A stretch of DNA of 64,000 bases from Callorhinchus milii (lineage: Eukaryota). Positions within the stretch are counted from its first letter, which is position 1, and each line of letters opens with the position of its first letter. The notes beneath the pieces are model-generated. The model was not told where the DNA came from. It saw only the letters and a list, made by a program, of their open reading frames with translations, and made no database searches. Where the stretch lies: the NCBI RefSeq assembly GCF_018977255.1, contig NW_024704742.1, positions 17,610,001-17,674,000 on the forward strand, written 5' to 3'. Positions 23,592-35,465 of this stretch are shown here, in pieces. Position numbers and translations under genes: made by a program.

Positions 23592-23964
23592 TAATAATAA
23601 TTCTTACACATGAAATCCCGCCTTATCATGTTGAAACATATCAAAGTACTTCACAGAGTTTTTTTTTCTATAAATTATAGTCACTTTATCACTATAGGCA
23701 AATATGGCAGCCAATGTATGCACAGCAATGTCCTACAACCAGCCATTTTTTTAATGACCATAGGACATCTCTTTTAGATAGTGCTACGGGATTTTTAATA
23801 ACCACTCAACAGGCAAACTGGATCTTGGTTTAATGTCTCATTTGAAGTCCAGGACCTCTGACAATACAGCACTCCCGCATCACTGTATTGGTTTGTCAGC
23901 CTAGGCTATATTAGTTCAAAGTTGCTTTGAGGCAAGAGTGCAGCCAACTGAGCCAGGCTGACAC
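23592..23964 (-). mobile_element. SacSINE1-like DeuSINE, near full length
   Basis: rc head GTGTCAGCCTGGCTCAGTTGGCTGCACTCTTGCCTC, GGGAGTGCTGTATTGTCAGAGGT and GGACATTGCTGTGCATACATTGGCTGCC. Confidence 0.85.
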
Positions 23965-23979
23965 CTCATCCATATTCAC

Positions 23980-24302
23980 AATAATAATAATAATAATAAT
24001 CCTTGCATTTGATATAGCGCTTTTCACGTCGGGAGGACGTCCCAAAGCGCTTCACAGAACACACTGTAAAGTGAATTGACTGTATATTTGTGGCGAACCG
24101 CAGCCAATTGCGCACAGCAATGTCCACAAACAGTCGTATATTGAAAATGACCAATTTTATTATTGTTTTTTTTTTTGGAGGGATTATTATTAGGCGTGTG
24201 GAGTAAGGAAACTTGCCCAAGGTTTCGCCCTCTGCCTTGAATTGAACTCAGGTCTCTCGCTTGCAAAGCGAGTGCTCTAACCACTGAGCTACAGGACTCC
24301 AC
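23980..24302 (-). mobile_element. Young full-length tRNA-Ala/CORE/Deu SINE (short subfamily)
   Basis: Intact A box TAGCTCAGTGG, arm CTCGC-TTTGCAA-GCGAG, B-box-like GAGTTCAATTC, CpGs retained, L2-type tail and (ATT)n. Confidence 0.95.
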
Positions 24303-25746
24303 ATGTATACATGCCTGATCTACTCTATTAAGCTTTGATTCTCACCCAATCATCACTTGACTGTTTTATTTATGTCCAATTCAATAATAATCCTTAATAG
24401 AGAATGTGTGTATTGGGTGGTTGTAACATGGAGAAGCAGTGGACTGATCTATGGAGGATGATTTGCATTGACCTCTACCAGTTGATTTGGATCATGATTT
24501 GTGACAATAGATGAGTGTTCTTCCCCTTCCAATAAAGATGATTATACAGGTTTCATGGGTCAGTACAAACTCCTCCAGTTTATATGCTAGCATCCCCAAT
24601 GTATGGAACTTTGAGGAGATTAGAAGTTCAGTGGCAATGGAGACTTACTGCTATCACACAGGAATTAATAGGAGGTAGCATTAGTGTTAACATTCCTCTC
24701 CACTTCTAGCCCTGGAGATTTGGCATTAATCGAGCAACACTACATTATTCTGTGTCAACTAAGCATTCATGTGTCTCAGAAAATTAATGATTGAAGGAAC
24801 AAGATGTAGTTACTCTAGCTACAGCTACTTTTCATTCTCATTATGTACCATGGCTGATGTGGAAAATTGAAACTTCTGTTCGGAGGTGGAGGCGGAGATG
24901 TGATCTGCATCCAGCCTATGAAATGTTCGACCTACAACAACAACAACTTGCATTTATATAGGTCCCTTCTCGCAGGGGTGCATCTTGCAGGGTGAACACG
25001 GGTGTTCACAACTGAACACTGTTTCAGTCACCAGTGTAGGGATTACTCACCGTTAAGGAGCATAGATAATGAGGAAGAAAATCAAAAGCATGGAAATCCA
25101 CTTGGAAATTCGCCAGAACCGTCTCATTGATTTGGCTACAAAGTACATTGTTTCTTCTCCTCAGAAACATAGAGCACATATGTGCGATTGCTGTTGAAGC
25201 CTAAAACGAGTGTAGCAAAATCACATTAGTAAACAGCCTGAGGTGAAATCATTTCAGATTCAACCACAGCTTTAAGACTTGGACACCTTATTTCACTTGA
25301 GGCCTGGTTTGTTCTGGGCTCCACCAAAGGACAGTCATACATGGAGAGCTCAGAGGTTAAGAGGTCAGCCAAAATATTTGTCTATATGATGTGGAATACC
25401 TGGGCATGCAATGAAAGGATTTTCTTTGACCCTTCGTTTGGATTCGTTTGTAAAGTGAGGTGTATTTGTAATAAAAATGAGAAGTGGCTGGAAGAAGGAC
25501 TCCTACTCTGACCTGTGGTTTCGCACGGAAAGTGGAGACAATGCGCATGTTCTTTGCTAAGGCCCCTTACACGAGGATCTGGATTAAGCTGTTGGTTATG
25601 AGTAAACCTTGTATGTGCCATTAGACCTAAATCTCTAGAATATCAAGGTAGCTATCCCGTAGAGATCAAAAATGACACAAAATTATAGTTCTTCTTAAGG
25701 TCCAAGAAAATGGCAGTATTAGGATCCTGAGAGGCACAAACCACTT

Positions 25747-26008
25747 ATAATAATAATAATAATCCTTGCATTTGATATAGCGCTTTTCACGTCGGGAGGA
25801 CGTCCCAAAGCGCTTCACAGAACACACTGTAAAGTGAATTGACTGTATATTTTTTGTGGGCGAACGCAGCAGCCAATTGCGCACAGTAATGTCCCACAAA
25901 CAGTCGTAGATTGAAAATGACCAATTTATTATTGTTTTGTTTTCTGGAGGGATTATTATTAGGCGTGTGGAGTAAAGAAACTTGCCCAAGGTTTCGCCCT
26001 GCCTGGAA
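25747..26008 (-). mobile_element. Young SINE (short subfamily), 5'-truncated
   Basis: Near-identical to 23980-24240; the tRNA head is missing. Confidence 0.95.
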
Positions 26009-26113
26009 AATAATAATAACAATCCTTATAATCCTTGCATTTGATATAGCGCCTTGTTAAGTCTTCGAGACGTCTCAAAGCGCTTTACAGCATATACTGT
26101 AAAGTGAATTAAC
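26009..26113 (-). mobile_element. SINE 3' tail (TCGAA-loop type), abutting the previous copy
   Basis: AATAATAAT...ATCCTTGCATTTGATATAGCGCCTTG...GTCTTCGAGACGTCTCAAAGCGC. Confidence 0.9.
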
Positions 26114-27860
26114 TTTACAATAAAAGAACACTGTTGGCTGGTGTTCCTTAAACAAGTTGAGGAACGCTTTGAGGAACACCACAAATTTTACACCTTTCCT
26201 TTCGTATGCATAACATATGGTATTCATTTAATAGGTAAGGGACTAGTTAAGTAGAGAGTGTAGGTGGCAGAGCGTGGGAATTAAAATAGATTTTTTTTGA
26301 TCAGCAGGAGCAAACAATGCCACGAATATAATGTCAAATGGCCTTTTTGCCTGTGCTGTAGTATTCAAAAGTTTTAACTGATACTTGTTAATAATTTCAC
26401 TTGGGTGTCGTTCTTCTTGCCGTGCAACTCTCAGCAAAACAAAACATCAGGCAAAAAAAACTTTAAATGAACTTTCCAGCAGCCGTTCTGTGGCCATTGA
26501 ATGGACTATTGGCTGATTACTATTCGCCTGATTCAGGTGACTTGATTAAACTTGTGGGTGAGTCTTTGTACAAGTGGAGGGTTTTGCCTTTTGCACGATT
26601 GATGGCCCCAACAATGCCAATAAAATTGGCTTGAATACCGTCAAGGCTCGATGAACAAAGAAAGCTTTAATTAAGAAGTTACGTTTGTACCAAAAATAAA
26701 CCTAACACAGCCAGGCCTATGAATAGCAAAAAAAAAGCAAAGGTCAGAACAGCAATTACAGTTTTAGACCCTGCAATTAGTTTCACAGTTAAATAGGTCC
26801 CTATGTGAACAATTTAAAAGAAATGCTGTTTTAAAGTTAATATTGAATCCACTTCTATTCAGATTGTTGCTATGTGAGCATTGTTGGCGTAATTAGTTTC
26901 TGGACTGACCATTGGTAGAAGATTTACCAGTCCACACCGCTTCCTGCTCAGTCCTTAGTAACAAGGAAAATTTTACGTTTCTTTTACACATTCAATAGCA
27001 CTTTGAATCTGTTGAGAAATATTGCATTTTTCACCCCATTGTTTCTCTTCAAATACTCATTCAATTCTCTTTTAAATGTTGTTATGGCCTGGCCAGAGAA
27101 TCAAGCCACTTGAATCAATATATGCGAGTGGTGAGTTAAGAAAGTGAAAAAGCAAAGGACTGTGAAGCGATTGCTGTCCTCAAACTGTGTACATTCTGCA
27201 CTAATGCAAACGCTGTACAAGTTTATCTACTCAAGGAAGATTATGCAAAGTTTCTCTCTGCCCCTCTCAAGAATAATTGAGCAAAGTATCAAAATAACTT
27301 TCTGACCTTATACTACTTTTAACTTTTCTGTTCAGGCATTGGCATGGTTCCAATTGCTCAGGTATCATTCTGTACCCAAGGGTGCTTGGTTATCTAAATC
27401 TATCTATAGCTCTATAACTTTCAACTTTGTACCTAACCAGATGTTTATCCACCTGTGCTTGACAGACTCCAATGATAACAAAGTGTAAGAAATCATCAGA
27501 TATGCCAGCTAATGTATTTGAGTTTACAAGTCCAGAATTACAATGCATGAGCATAAGATCAACAAACCTTAAGCAAGACTAGATAGAAGATTTCATTCCT
27601 CAGATAGTATTGTTGAATAGATTTCTAGATAAAATAGCTGGAGGTTTTTTTCAAAAAAGGCTATTTGACATAACATTAAATATGTTTTAGCTTTGGTATT
27701 TATCAAGCACTGCTCATAAATCAAAGCAAAGGATTAGATCAACAGTGAATTTAGCGATTATGGTATGAAGGGCAATACACAGGCCTAACAATAGCATCAT
27801 AAAATATACTGCCACAAAACGTATTAGCAGATCACCATGATAGCCTTTCACTGTTTTTTT

Positions 27861-27970
27861 AGTCAGCTGGGTGCCTGACACATCTGGAAAACTATCACTG
27901 TGCTTAAGAGTATCCAAACCAGGGCTTTGGGACGTGAACGGTGCTATATAAATGTAATTTTGTTGTTGTT
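27861..27970 (+). repeat. Family X copy 3, joined to an L2 3' tail
   Basis: GTCAGCTGGGTGCCTGACACATCTGGAAAACTATCACTGTGCTTAAGAGTATCCAAACC, then GCTTTGGGACGTGAACGGTGCTATATAAATGTAATTTTGTTGTTG. Confidence 0.7.
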
Positions 27971-28209
27971 ATTTTGTTGTCATAGATTTCTAGGATTCCT
28001 CATGTTCACAATGACAACAGGCTGAAAAGAAGTGGCGAGGACATAAGAGGGTGAGAGGAGTCATGCTGTACTGTTTTTCTGCTCCTCCAAGTGACATTAG
28101 CAAGGACTTGAGGAGAGTTTATCTGTCTCCTCTCACAATCAATATATATCAGTACATGTATAGTCAAGCGGGAACAGCAACGACGTACCTTTAAACACTT
28201 TGTCCAGGT

Positions 28210-28870
28210 TCCGATTGTTCGCCTTTCTGTACCTCTGCATCATTGCCCACTTTGGCCATGAGCTCTCCGCACCACCCATGCTGCTGAAATCCTTGCCTTT
28301 GTCACCTCCGGACTTGGCTTTCTGCCCAGTTCCGCCCGCCACAAGCTCCAGACCATCCAGAATTCCAGAGCCCACACCCTCTCCCACTCCAGCCTCCCAG
28401 AACTCACCTTCCATCCTTTTCTGGTGTCACTGGCTCCCTGTGGATCAACTTTAAGATTGGCAAAGGCCATTGAGACAACTGCAATTGCCTTTGTGACCTT
28501 TCCCCCACGCCATCTATCTATGTCTCACACCTCAGCCACTCCCTCCACTCCACCACATTTAGTCTGCTGTATGTCCCTGCCCACTCTGCTCCATCATTGA
28601 TAGCCAAGCCTTCAGCTTTTTCCCCCATCCTCGGGAACTCTCTTCCAACAACAACTTTATCCGGAGTAGTGTCCCAGAGTGCTTTCAAAATCTCTCAACT
28701 TCGCCCCTTCCTTTTCAAAATCTATCTAAAGACTTATCACGTGGTGGTGCCTTCAGCCACACACCTCCCCATACCCCTCCTGTCTCCCTCACATCTCAGG
28801 CTTTCACTCTGTCTTTGTTAAGCGCTTTGAGACATCCCTATGTGAAAGGCGCTATATAAAGTGCAACTTG
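28210..28870 (+). mobile_element. Degenerate L2 LINE 3' portion
   Basis: GCTGCTGAAA...GCCTTTGTCACCTCC (AAE..AFVTS), AAGCTCCAGACCATCCAGAA (KLQTIQN), CACTGGCTCCCTGT (HWLPV); tail GCGCTTTGAGACATC...GTGAAAGGCGCTATATAAA. Confidence 0.8.
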
Positions 28871-29624
28871 CAACTTTACAAGTAGATGACTCACGTTAGA
28901 CAATTTGTAAACCTAAGCTGACTCACCCAATTTGCAGCCCTGCTGTGTGGCAAAGTCAAGACATTGTATTCTGACATATGAATATGGAAAGTAACTTCAC
29001 ACCATTTGATAGCTTCACACATTCCTTGAAGTGCACTAGCTGCAAATTCAGAGCAAAATCTAATCTATGGTAATATGAAGCTTCTGAGAGCAACAGGCAC
29101 AGTGTGGATGATAGGCCATTATCCTGAAATGACACCTGACTGATTCTCAGGGCAAATATAGTGCCAAGTACCTGGAAGGGAGCCTTCAGCCTCTGATTAG
29201 ATGTCGGCAGTGATTTGCCAATAGTAGTTCTTTTAGTGGCATTATGTGATGCTCAAGTGATATGCAGTTTGACGTTCAACACTTTAGTTTATTGCTGTGC
29301 TTGTCCTATCAGCATCATGCCAGACAAGATGGAGTAAAAGAAATGTAAGCGATGATTTACATTCATCAGGAGTAGACAAGACAGTAAACAGGTCCTGTGT
29401 TGTTGATGGCACACGCTGAAGTGTTCAGTCAAAATGTGGAATCAGTTTATTGCCAATTGTGTGCAGAATGCCTTGAAGCTCATTTTCTTAAAGTATGTTT
29501 GGGAATTGCTTATAGGGCTGCATTTCTGGATCTCAGTAATACTTCTGACTGTGAAATGATGCATGGAAATATTAATGCTATGTACACTAAACCAGTTACC
29601 CATTACGGTGACAAAACAAAATGT

Positions 29625-30163
29625 GATCACTCAATCCACGACTGTTTGTGGGACACTGCTGTGCGCAATTGGCTGCCGCGTTTGGCCCACAAAATATACA
29701 GTCAATTCAATTTATAATCCTTGCATTCTGATATAATGCCTTAGCACGTCTCCGAGACATCTCAAAGTGCTTCACAGAATATCCTGTAAAATTAATTAAC
29801 TATACTTTGTGGGTGAAATGCAGCAGACAATTGAGTGCAGCTCTCACAAACAGACATGGACTGAGTGACAAAATTATTATTATTTTTGAAGGAATTATTA
29901 CCCCTGGAAAAGCGATCCACCAATTGACTCAAAACCAGGTTCTTACTTACTGCTAGGTAAACAGAGGCGTGTGGAGTAAGGAAACTTGCCCAACGTTTTG
30001 CTCTGCCGGGAATCAAATCCAGGTCTTTCACTTGCGAGGAGAGTGCTCTAACCACTGAGCTACAGTATATTGTTTACAGTACTTTACAGTATATTCTGTG
30101 AAGCAGTTTGAGATGTTTTGAATACGTGATAAGGCGCTTTATCAAATGCAAGGATTATTATTA
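29625..30163 (+). mobile_element. SINE 3' half (host) interrupted by an antisense copy
   Basis: CACTCAATCCACGACTG...CAGTCAATTCAATTTA up to about 29714, resuming at about 30081 with ACTTTACAGTATATTCTGTGAAGC...AAGGATTATTATT. Confidence 0.88.
29714..30065 (-). mobile_element. Near full-length tRNA-Ala/CORE/Deu SINE (long subfamily), nested
   Basis: rc CTGTAGCTCAGTGGTTAGAGCACTCTCCTCGCAAGTG...TTGGGCAAGTTTCCTTACTCCACACGCCTCTGTTTACCTAGCAGTAAG...tail. Confidence 0.92.
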
Positions 30164-31074
30164 TGGACCAGTAGTTTCCAGTATCTGATGTGGTTGTAAC
30201 AAAAATACCAATTAAGATCATTGAGAGGGCTAAGATCCAATTATAGCGAATACTTAAAGAGCCTGCATACATGTTGCTGATTGGAACAGTCTCATGTCTG
30301 AACTCCAGATTTATTGCTGAATACAGCAGTAATTGTAACTTCTAGCATTCTTGAGAGCGGAACAGGAGAAGTGGGAGGATTGTGCAAAGGAACGAAGGAC
30401 TTGTCAGAGAAAGATCTTCAGAATATCTTATCTGGCACTAAGGCAGAAGAGGTGTTTAAGGAGGTTGAGGTTCTTCAGGGAGGGAATTGGTGAAATATGT
30501 TCAATTGAAGCACATGGCTTAAGGGTCCAATCACATGATTTAGTGAGCATCAGCCAGAGTCCCATATCTAGGTTCAAGATCTTATTGATGCTATGGTTCA
30601 GAGAGATTACCGGCTCAACCATTTGCACAGAATAAACAGTTGCAGACAAAGTAGTAGTTTTATGCCCTTGCTATTTTCCAATGTCTATCTCAGTAGCAAA
30701 GGCTTCCATACAATCGATGTGCAGCTTCCCTGTGCTGCATGATGAGAAATCTTGGATGTTCTGAATTGCTAATGTTTTCATTGCAGTCACTGCTTTGGTT
30801 GCCATTCTTTCCATGGTGTAATGGAACATGTCCAACTGTGAGTCCAGCACTTTATGGATATTATAATAATCCAGGGGTGGTAATGTTACTACACAAATAT
30901 CTCAAGGTCTTGGGTTTGTATCCTGCCACGATCGTTCCATAATTTGAATTCTAAATATTCGGTGATTTCAGCTAAGAGAGATAGAATTGTCTACAAAGCT
31001 TCTGAAATATTGTAAACATTGGTTTACTTCAGGGAAAGATATCTGTCATCCTTATATTCTGAGATGAGTTTAAA

Positions 31075-31465
31075 AAAAATCCTATAAGGTCAAAACATCT
31101 TAAAGAGTTTCTCAGGGAATTGCTGTCAAGTATGTTTCTGTGTGTCTGTAGGCAAACATGACAGCCGATTTGCACACAGTAAGGTCTACAGACAGCCATG
31201 AAGTGAATGACCAATTTTATATCGAGGATTGTTAACCACTACACCAGGAGAAACTCTTTTTTTAAAGTGTGTCATAGGATCTTTAAAACACATTTGAGTA
31301 GGCATACAGGACTTTGATTTAAAATGTAATCTGGAGAACAGCATCAATGCAGTGGTTCCTCAAGTTAGAATGTAAGAGTGATCTTAAAATCCTAACAAGG
31401 AGCTTAAATCCACAGTCTTCTGACTTAGAGGCAAGTGTGCTACCAAATCAGCCAGGATGACACAT
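31075..31465 (-). mobile_element. SacSinE1-like DeuSINE, old
   Basis: CAGCCGATTTGCACACAG, CAGCCATGAAGTGAATGACCAATTTTAT and CTTCTGACTTAGAGGCAAGTGTGCTACCAA...GCCAGG head. Confidence 0.8.
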
Positions 31466-33713
31466 ACGGGAGATGAGATGTATTTATCTCTGAGATGGAT
31501 CGCTTCATCCTTACCCCTTGTCTAACCAAATCTTGTCTAATGTGCAAGAGATTGTCCCTAATGTGTTCAATTAATTAGTATCTACCACTCCAATTATTTG
31601 GATCTTGGAATTTCTTTGAAATCTTTGGCCTCTCCAAACCACGTTTATTCAACAACAAAATTTGCATTTATATAGCACCCTTCACACAGGGTGGCGTCTC
31701 AGAGCACTTGACAGTAGCAGAGCATGATGCCATTAATTGGAAATACTACAACATTCAGGTTTGGTTCATCTTCAAGTGATGGTAACTCACTGAACTTTAA
31801 AAATACAGTTTACTTTTTTATCTGTACAAGTACTTGGGTACAGCAGTGGTGGTTGTACAGCAGAGTGTTGTGAGGTGCAACACTTCATTCCTGATTATTC
31901 CGAGTTTTCTATGGATATTCCGATGACAGCAAGCTCAATATGTGGACATATTGTTGGCAAAAATATTACACAGTATGGGTACTGCCAAATAGATAAAGCA
32001 AATAATCAAACTTGAAAGAAAGCGTCTTCTCCAAATGTTATTGCTGGTGACACTTTTAGCAGTTAAGCTGCAGTGGATAATAATAGAGAAGGATCATTGA
32101 TAGATGTTCCTATTTTGACCATTGCCACCTTTCAAAACTATCTTTGCAAACAGTCACAGTGCCTAGTTACATTGAGTACCAGTTTCATAGAAAGGTCAAT
32201 GGATTATTGCTGCTGAAGGTGATAAGCTGTGATAATTCTGGATCTGCTCTGATTGCTTCATGAGTCATCACGAATAGACGGCATTGTAAACCTGCTTAGA
32301 TAAATCGGCAGTGATCCAACACGATTATTTGTTGTTCACTTTGTGCAACTGATTCCTCTGTTTAAATGCTGCAACAGTTGAACCAGGAAGCTCAATCCTG
32401 GAATGTCTGAAGGTTCGCTCAGAGTCTATCACACATTGTTGCAGCCAACTTTGGCAGAGCTGTTTTGAGATTGGGTAATGGCATTTCCTGCTGTAATCTT
32501 TGCCATAAACAGAGTACTACTCAGTTTTGTTTTAATTAAAATGGAATAGCATACCCCATTGACATGATTAACTCACATTATACAGTAAAATAACAGCTGA
32601 ATACATGAATAACAAACTAAAGTGATTGACTACATACTGGGCTGTACTGTATTCTCATGAATGAATGAAGAAGTTAAAAACAGTGCAATAATCAACTGAA
32701 TTTCAGTCAGGCTAACCTTTCGAGAGGTGAATATCCAGTTCAGCCTTCCAAGCATGCCCACATCGTGTTACTGGATGGAAAAAAACAATTTCTGTAAATC
32801 TCCAGAATTATGCATGCATGACTGCATAATAAATTTGCAATTTAATTGAGGGGATTTAGATGCCATTGTAAACTGCCTTTCACTCACTCCCCAAATGTCA
32901 CAATTCATGCAGTGTTAGTTAATTCTCAAGACCCAGAATTCACTGTTTGCATTGTTTTCGAATTAATGCAGTGCCAGACGTTGACTTCATGTTAACCCAG
33001 CTACCGTTTCTTGTCATCAAAGTGTACATTCAAATACAGTATGTGTAAATAGTGAATCATTGTGTGCCAGTCCTAGAAATTCTATACACCCATCTTCAAC
33101 ATCCATATAGCTTATGGAAAAGAAACTTTGAGATTTAACTGAGTTTTATAAATTGGCTGAATACTTGTTTATGTTTATAAGCTGAGAAAAGTAAGTGGCT
33201 GCAATATTGCACAAGGGACTACAAGTATGTCAAGTGTTTCCAATGTGGTTACAGTAGGGAGTATGTGTGGACACAGAAGTAGAGTGACAGTGAGAATAGA
33301 TGTGTGTGAATGAAGGAATGATCATCACTCTCAATTTCTTAAACTGATTCCTTGGTGCTTCCTGTGACTACTTTCAGCTTGGAACAGAACACGAGAAGGT
33401 CAAGTGCAAAAGAATGTTGTACAGTTTTTGAATTTATCCATAATCCTCTCCAATACTCCTGCTTCATCATTACTGTAAATTTAGGGCTGGGTGACTGGGA
33501 GGCTATTGGAGGTGAAAGGAGCTTCTCAGTGTTTATGTTGCTTTCTCCAATAACTACATGGATATATATTATTATCTTATGGTGTATTTTCTTCTATAAA
33601 GTGTTGGTTTCCTGGTTAGTTGTACTAGACACATCTTCTGAACATTATACTGTGTATTGTAATTGGTTGAAAATATTTTGCTCATGGCATTTTTAATACT
33701 TGGAGGGGTGGGG

Positions 33714-33885
33714 GGTCAGCGGGTGAGAGATGTGCGGGATCCCATCACCATTCTTAAAAGTATCCAACCAGACTGAAAGTTCCATATATGTATGCCGCCC
33801 ACACATGGATATTTCACTCTCTCCCTGGAGGGATGCACCCTGCTTACCTAATCCTGGTGAATATTAGGTACAAATTAGCAAGAAA
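33714..33885. repeat. Family X copy 4 (longest)
   Basis: GGTCAGCGGGTG...CCCATCACCATTCTTAAAAGTATCCAA...CTGCTTACCTAATCCTGGTGAATATTAGG...AGCAAGAA. Confidence 0.7.
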
Positions 33886-35084
33886 CAAATGCTGAGTGTG
33901 TGTTGGGGTACTGCTGGAGTCCAACCAGCTAGAACCACATGTCTTGCCATTGAGAGCACTGTCTGGAAAGGTTAAAGCTGCTTGTCAAGCTAGAACCACC
34001 ATCTATTGAAAGAGTAGATTACTTATTAACATGGACAAGCAAAGTGACATTGTGTCTTGACATCATATTCCTTAAATAGAAATTATGATTGCTGGATTTT
34101 GACAGATAATGTTAATCTCCCTCCATTTGTGGATCTAAAACTGAAGTTTTAAGTTTTAGTCTCTGTCTGCATGACAGATTATTGATGAAATTGCACAATG
34201 TTCTTTCAGTAGATACTATGCATAATCTATTTTGTCTGACATTAAAGAGGACGCCAATTGATTTAGGCGGGTACAATCTGATTTCATTTTAAAAATACTT
34301 TTCTTCTCTGATTATACTGCAGCAATAGGAGAAATGGCCTTGAATGCACTCAGTGAAACAAACTTAACCTATCTGAAATTTCTGTTAATACTGTAATCTT
34401 TCCTTTTGTCTAACATGAATAAGTTGGGACAATCTCTTGTATGTAATGCAAAATAAATGCTTCTCTAGTTTATGTTGTAATCTAAGTATGATGCAAAGTT
34501 TACAACAGCAACTTGCATTTATATAGCGCCTTTCATCCCAGACGGCATCTCGGAGCAGTGCAGTACAGCGGTACAGTGCAGAGTGCAATAAAAAAAACTC
34601 CCAAGTGGTAGAGGTGCTTAAACTGGTTGTCTGCAATTATATCAAGCTACATTTTATGGTGAGAACACAAATGGAACCCTTTAAATGTTAAGTTGTTAGT
34701 TTCTTGCTCAAGACCAGGCTTGGGTTGTTATTTTGTCAGCACTCAATGAATTCTTCATTATGAATAGTATATATTTTTAGCAGAGTTTAAACATTTCTTT
34801 AGGTCTTTGCAATACACAGTACATTAATCTTTATTTAGGCCCTCCTTTCCCCACACTGTTGAAGCTGCTCAACTCCATTCATCCTTCCTTCATGAGTTTG
34901 GTAGGCGTGTGGACCTGTTCCATTCTTCTGATGCCAGTGGCCCACTGTAGATGAGCTAACAGGGGAGATGTTCTTCATGTTGGTTGTTAAAAATTGCCAT
35001 TTGTTTCCCTAAGGTGTGATATCCTCTCACCTGTTGGCAATTAACTGATAAATGTCAAATCATTTCCAGGACTCCGATACTCTG

Positions 35085-35465
35085 ACCATGGTCAGATTGG
35101 CTCAGTTGGTAGTTCTCTAACCTGGATTGTGTCAGAGTCGCATCTGTATTTGAGCTCCAGGCTGGCACTCCAATACAATACTACAGGAACCCTGCATTAT
35201 TGTTGCTGCTGCCTTTAAAAACTGAGGTCTTGTCTGTCTGTAGAGTTGGATTTTAAAGATCCCATGGTTTTATACAAAAAGTGAAATGACTTTTCCTATT
35301 GATCTGGCCAATCATCCTTATTTAGTCATTAATCTCATGGCTGTTAGGTTGGACTATCCTGACATATACGGCTGTTGTGTTTGCTTTAAAAGCAGTCATT
35401 ACACTTGATGTAAGGCTTTAAAGACATTTCAACGTAATAAGGCACTATAAAATATATACTTTTAT
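35085..35465 (+). mobile_element. SacSINE1-like DeuSINE, old
   Basis: GGCTCAGTTGGTAGTTCTC head, TAAAGATCCCATGG and TAAGGCACTATAAAA tail. Confidence 0.7.

Noticed and set aside
24230..24302. tRNA-Ala(TGC)-like gene (also 18280-18348 and 42714-42785)
   Set aside because: It has A/B boxes and an anticodon arm but no proper acceptor stem, and it runs straight into the SINE body. It is a SINE head.
18014..26022. Recurrent ORFs ending CSVKRFGTSSRREKRYIKCKDYYYY as a peptide family
   Set aside because: Translations of the same SINE tail and its (ATT)n repeat.
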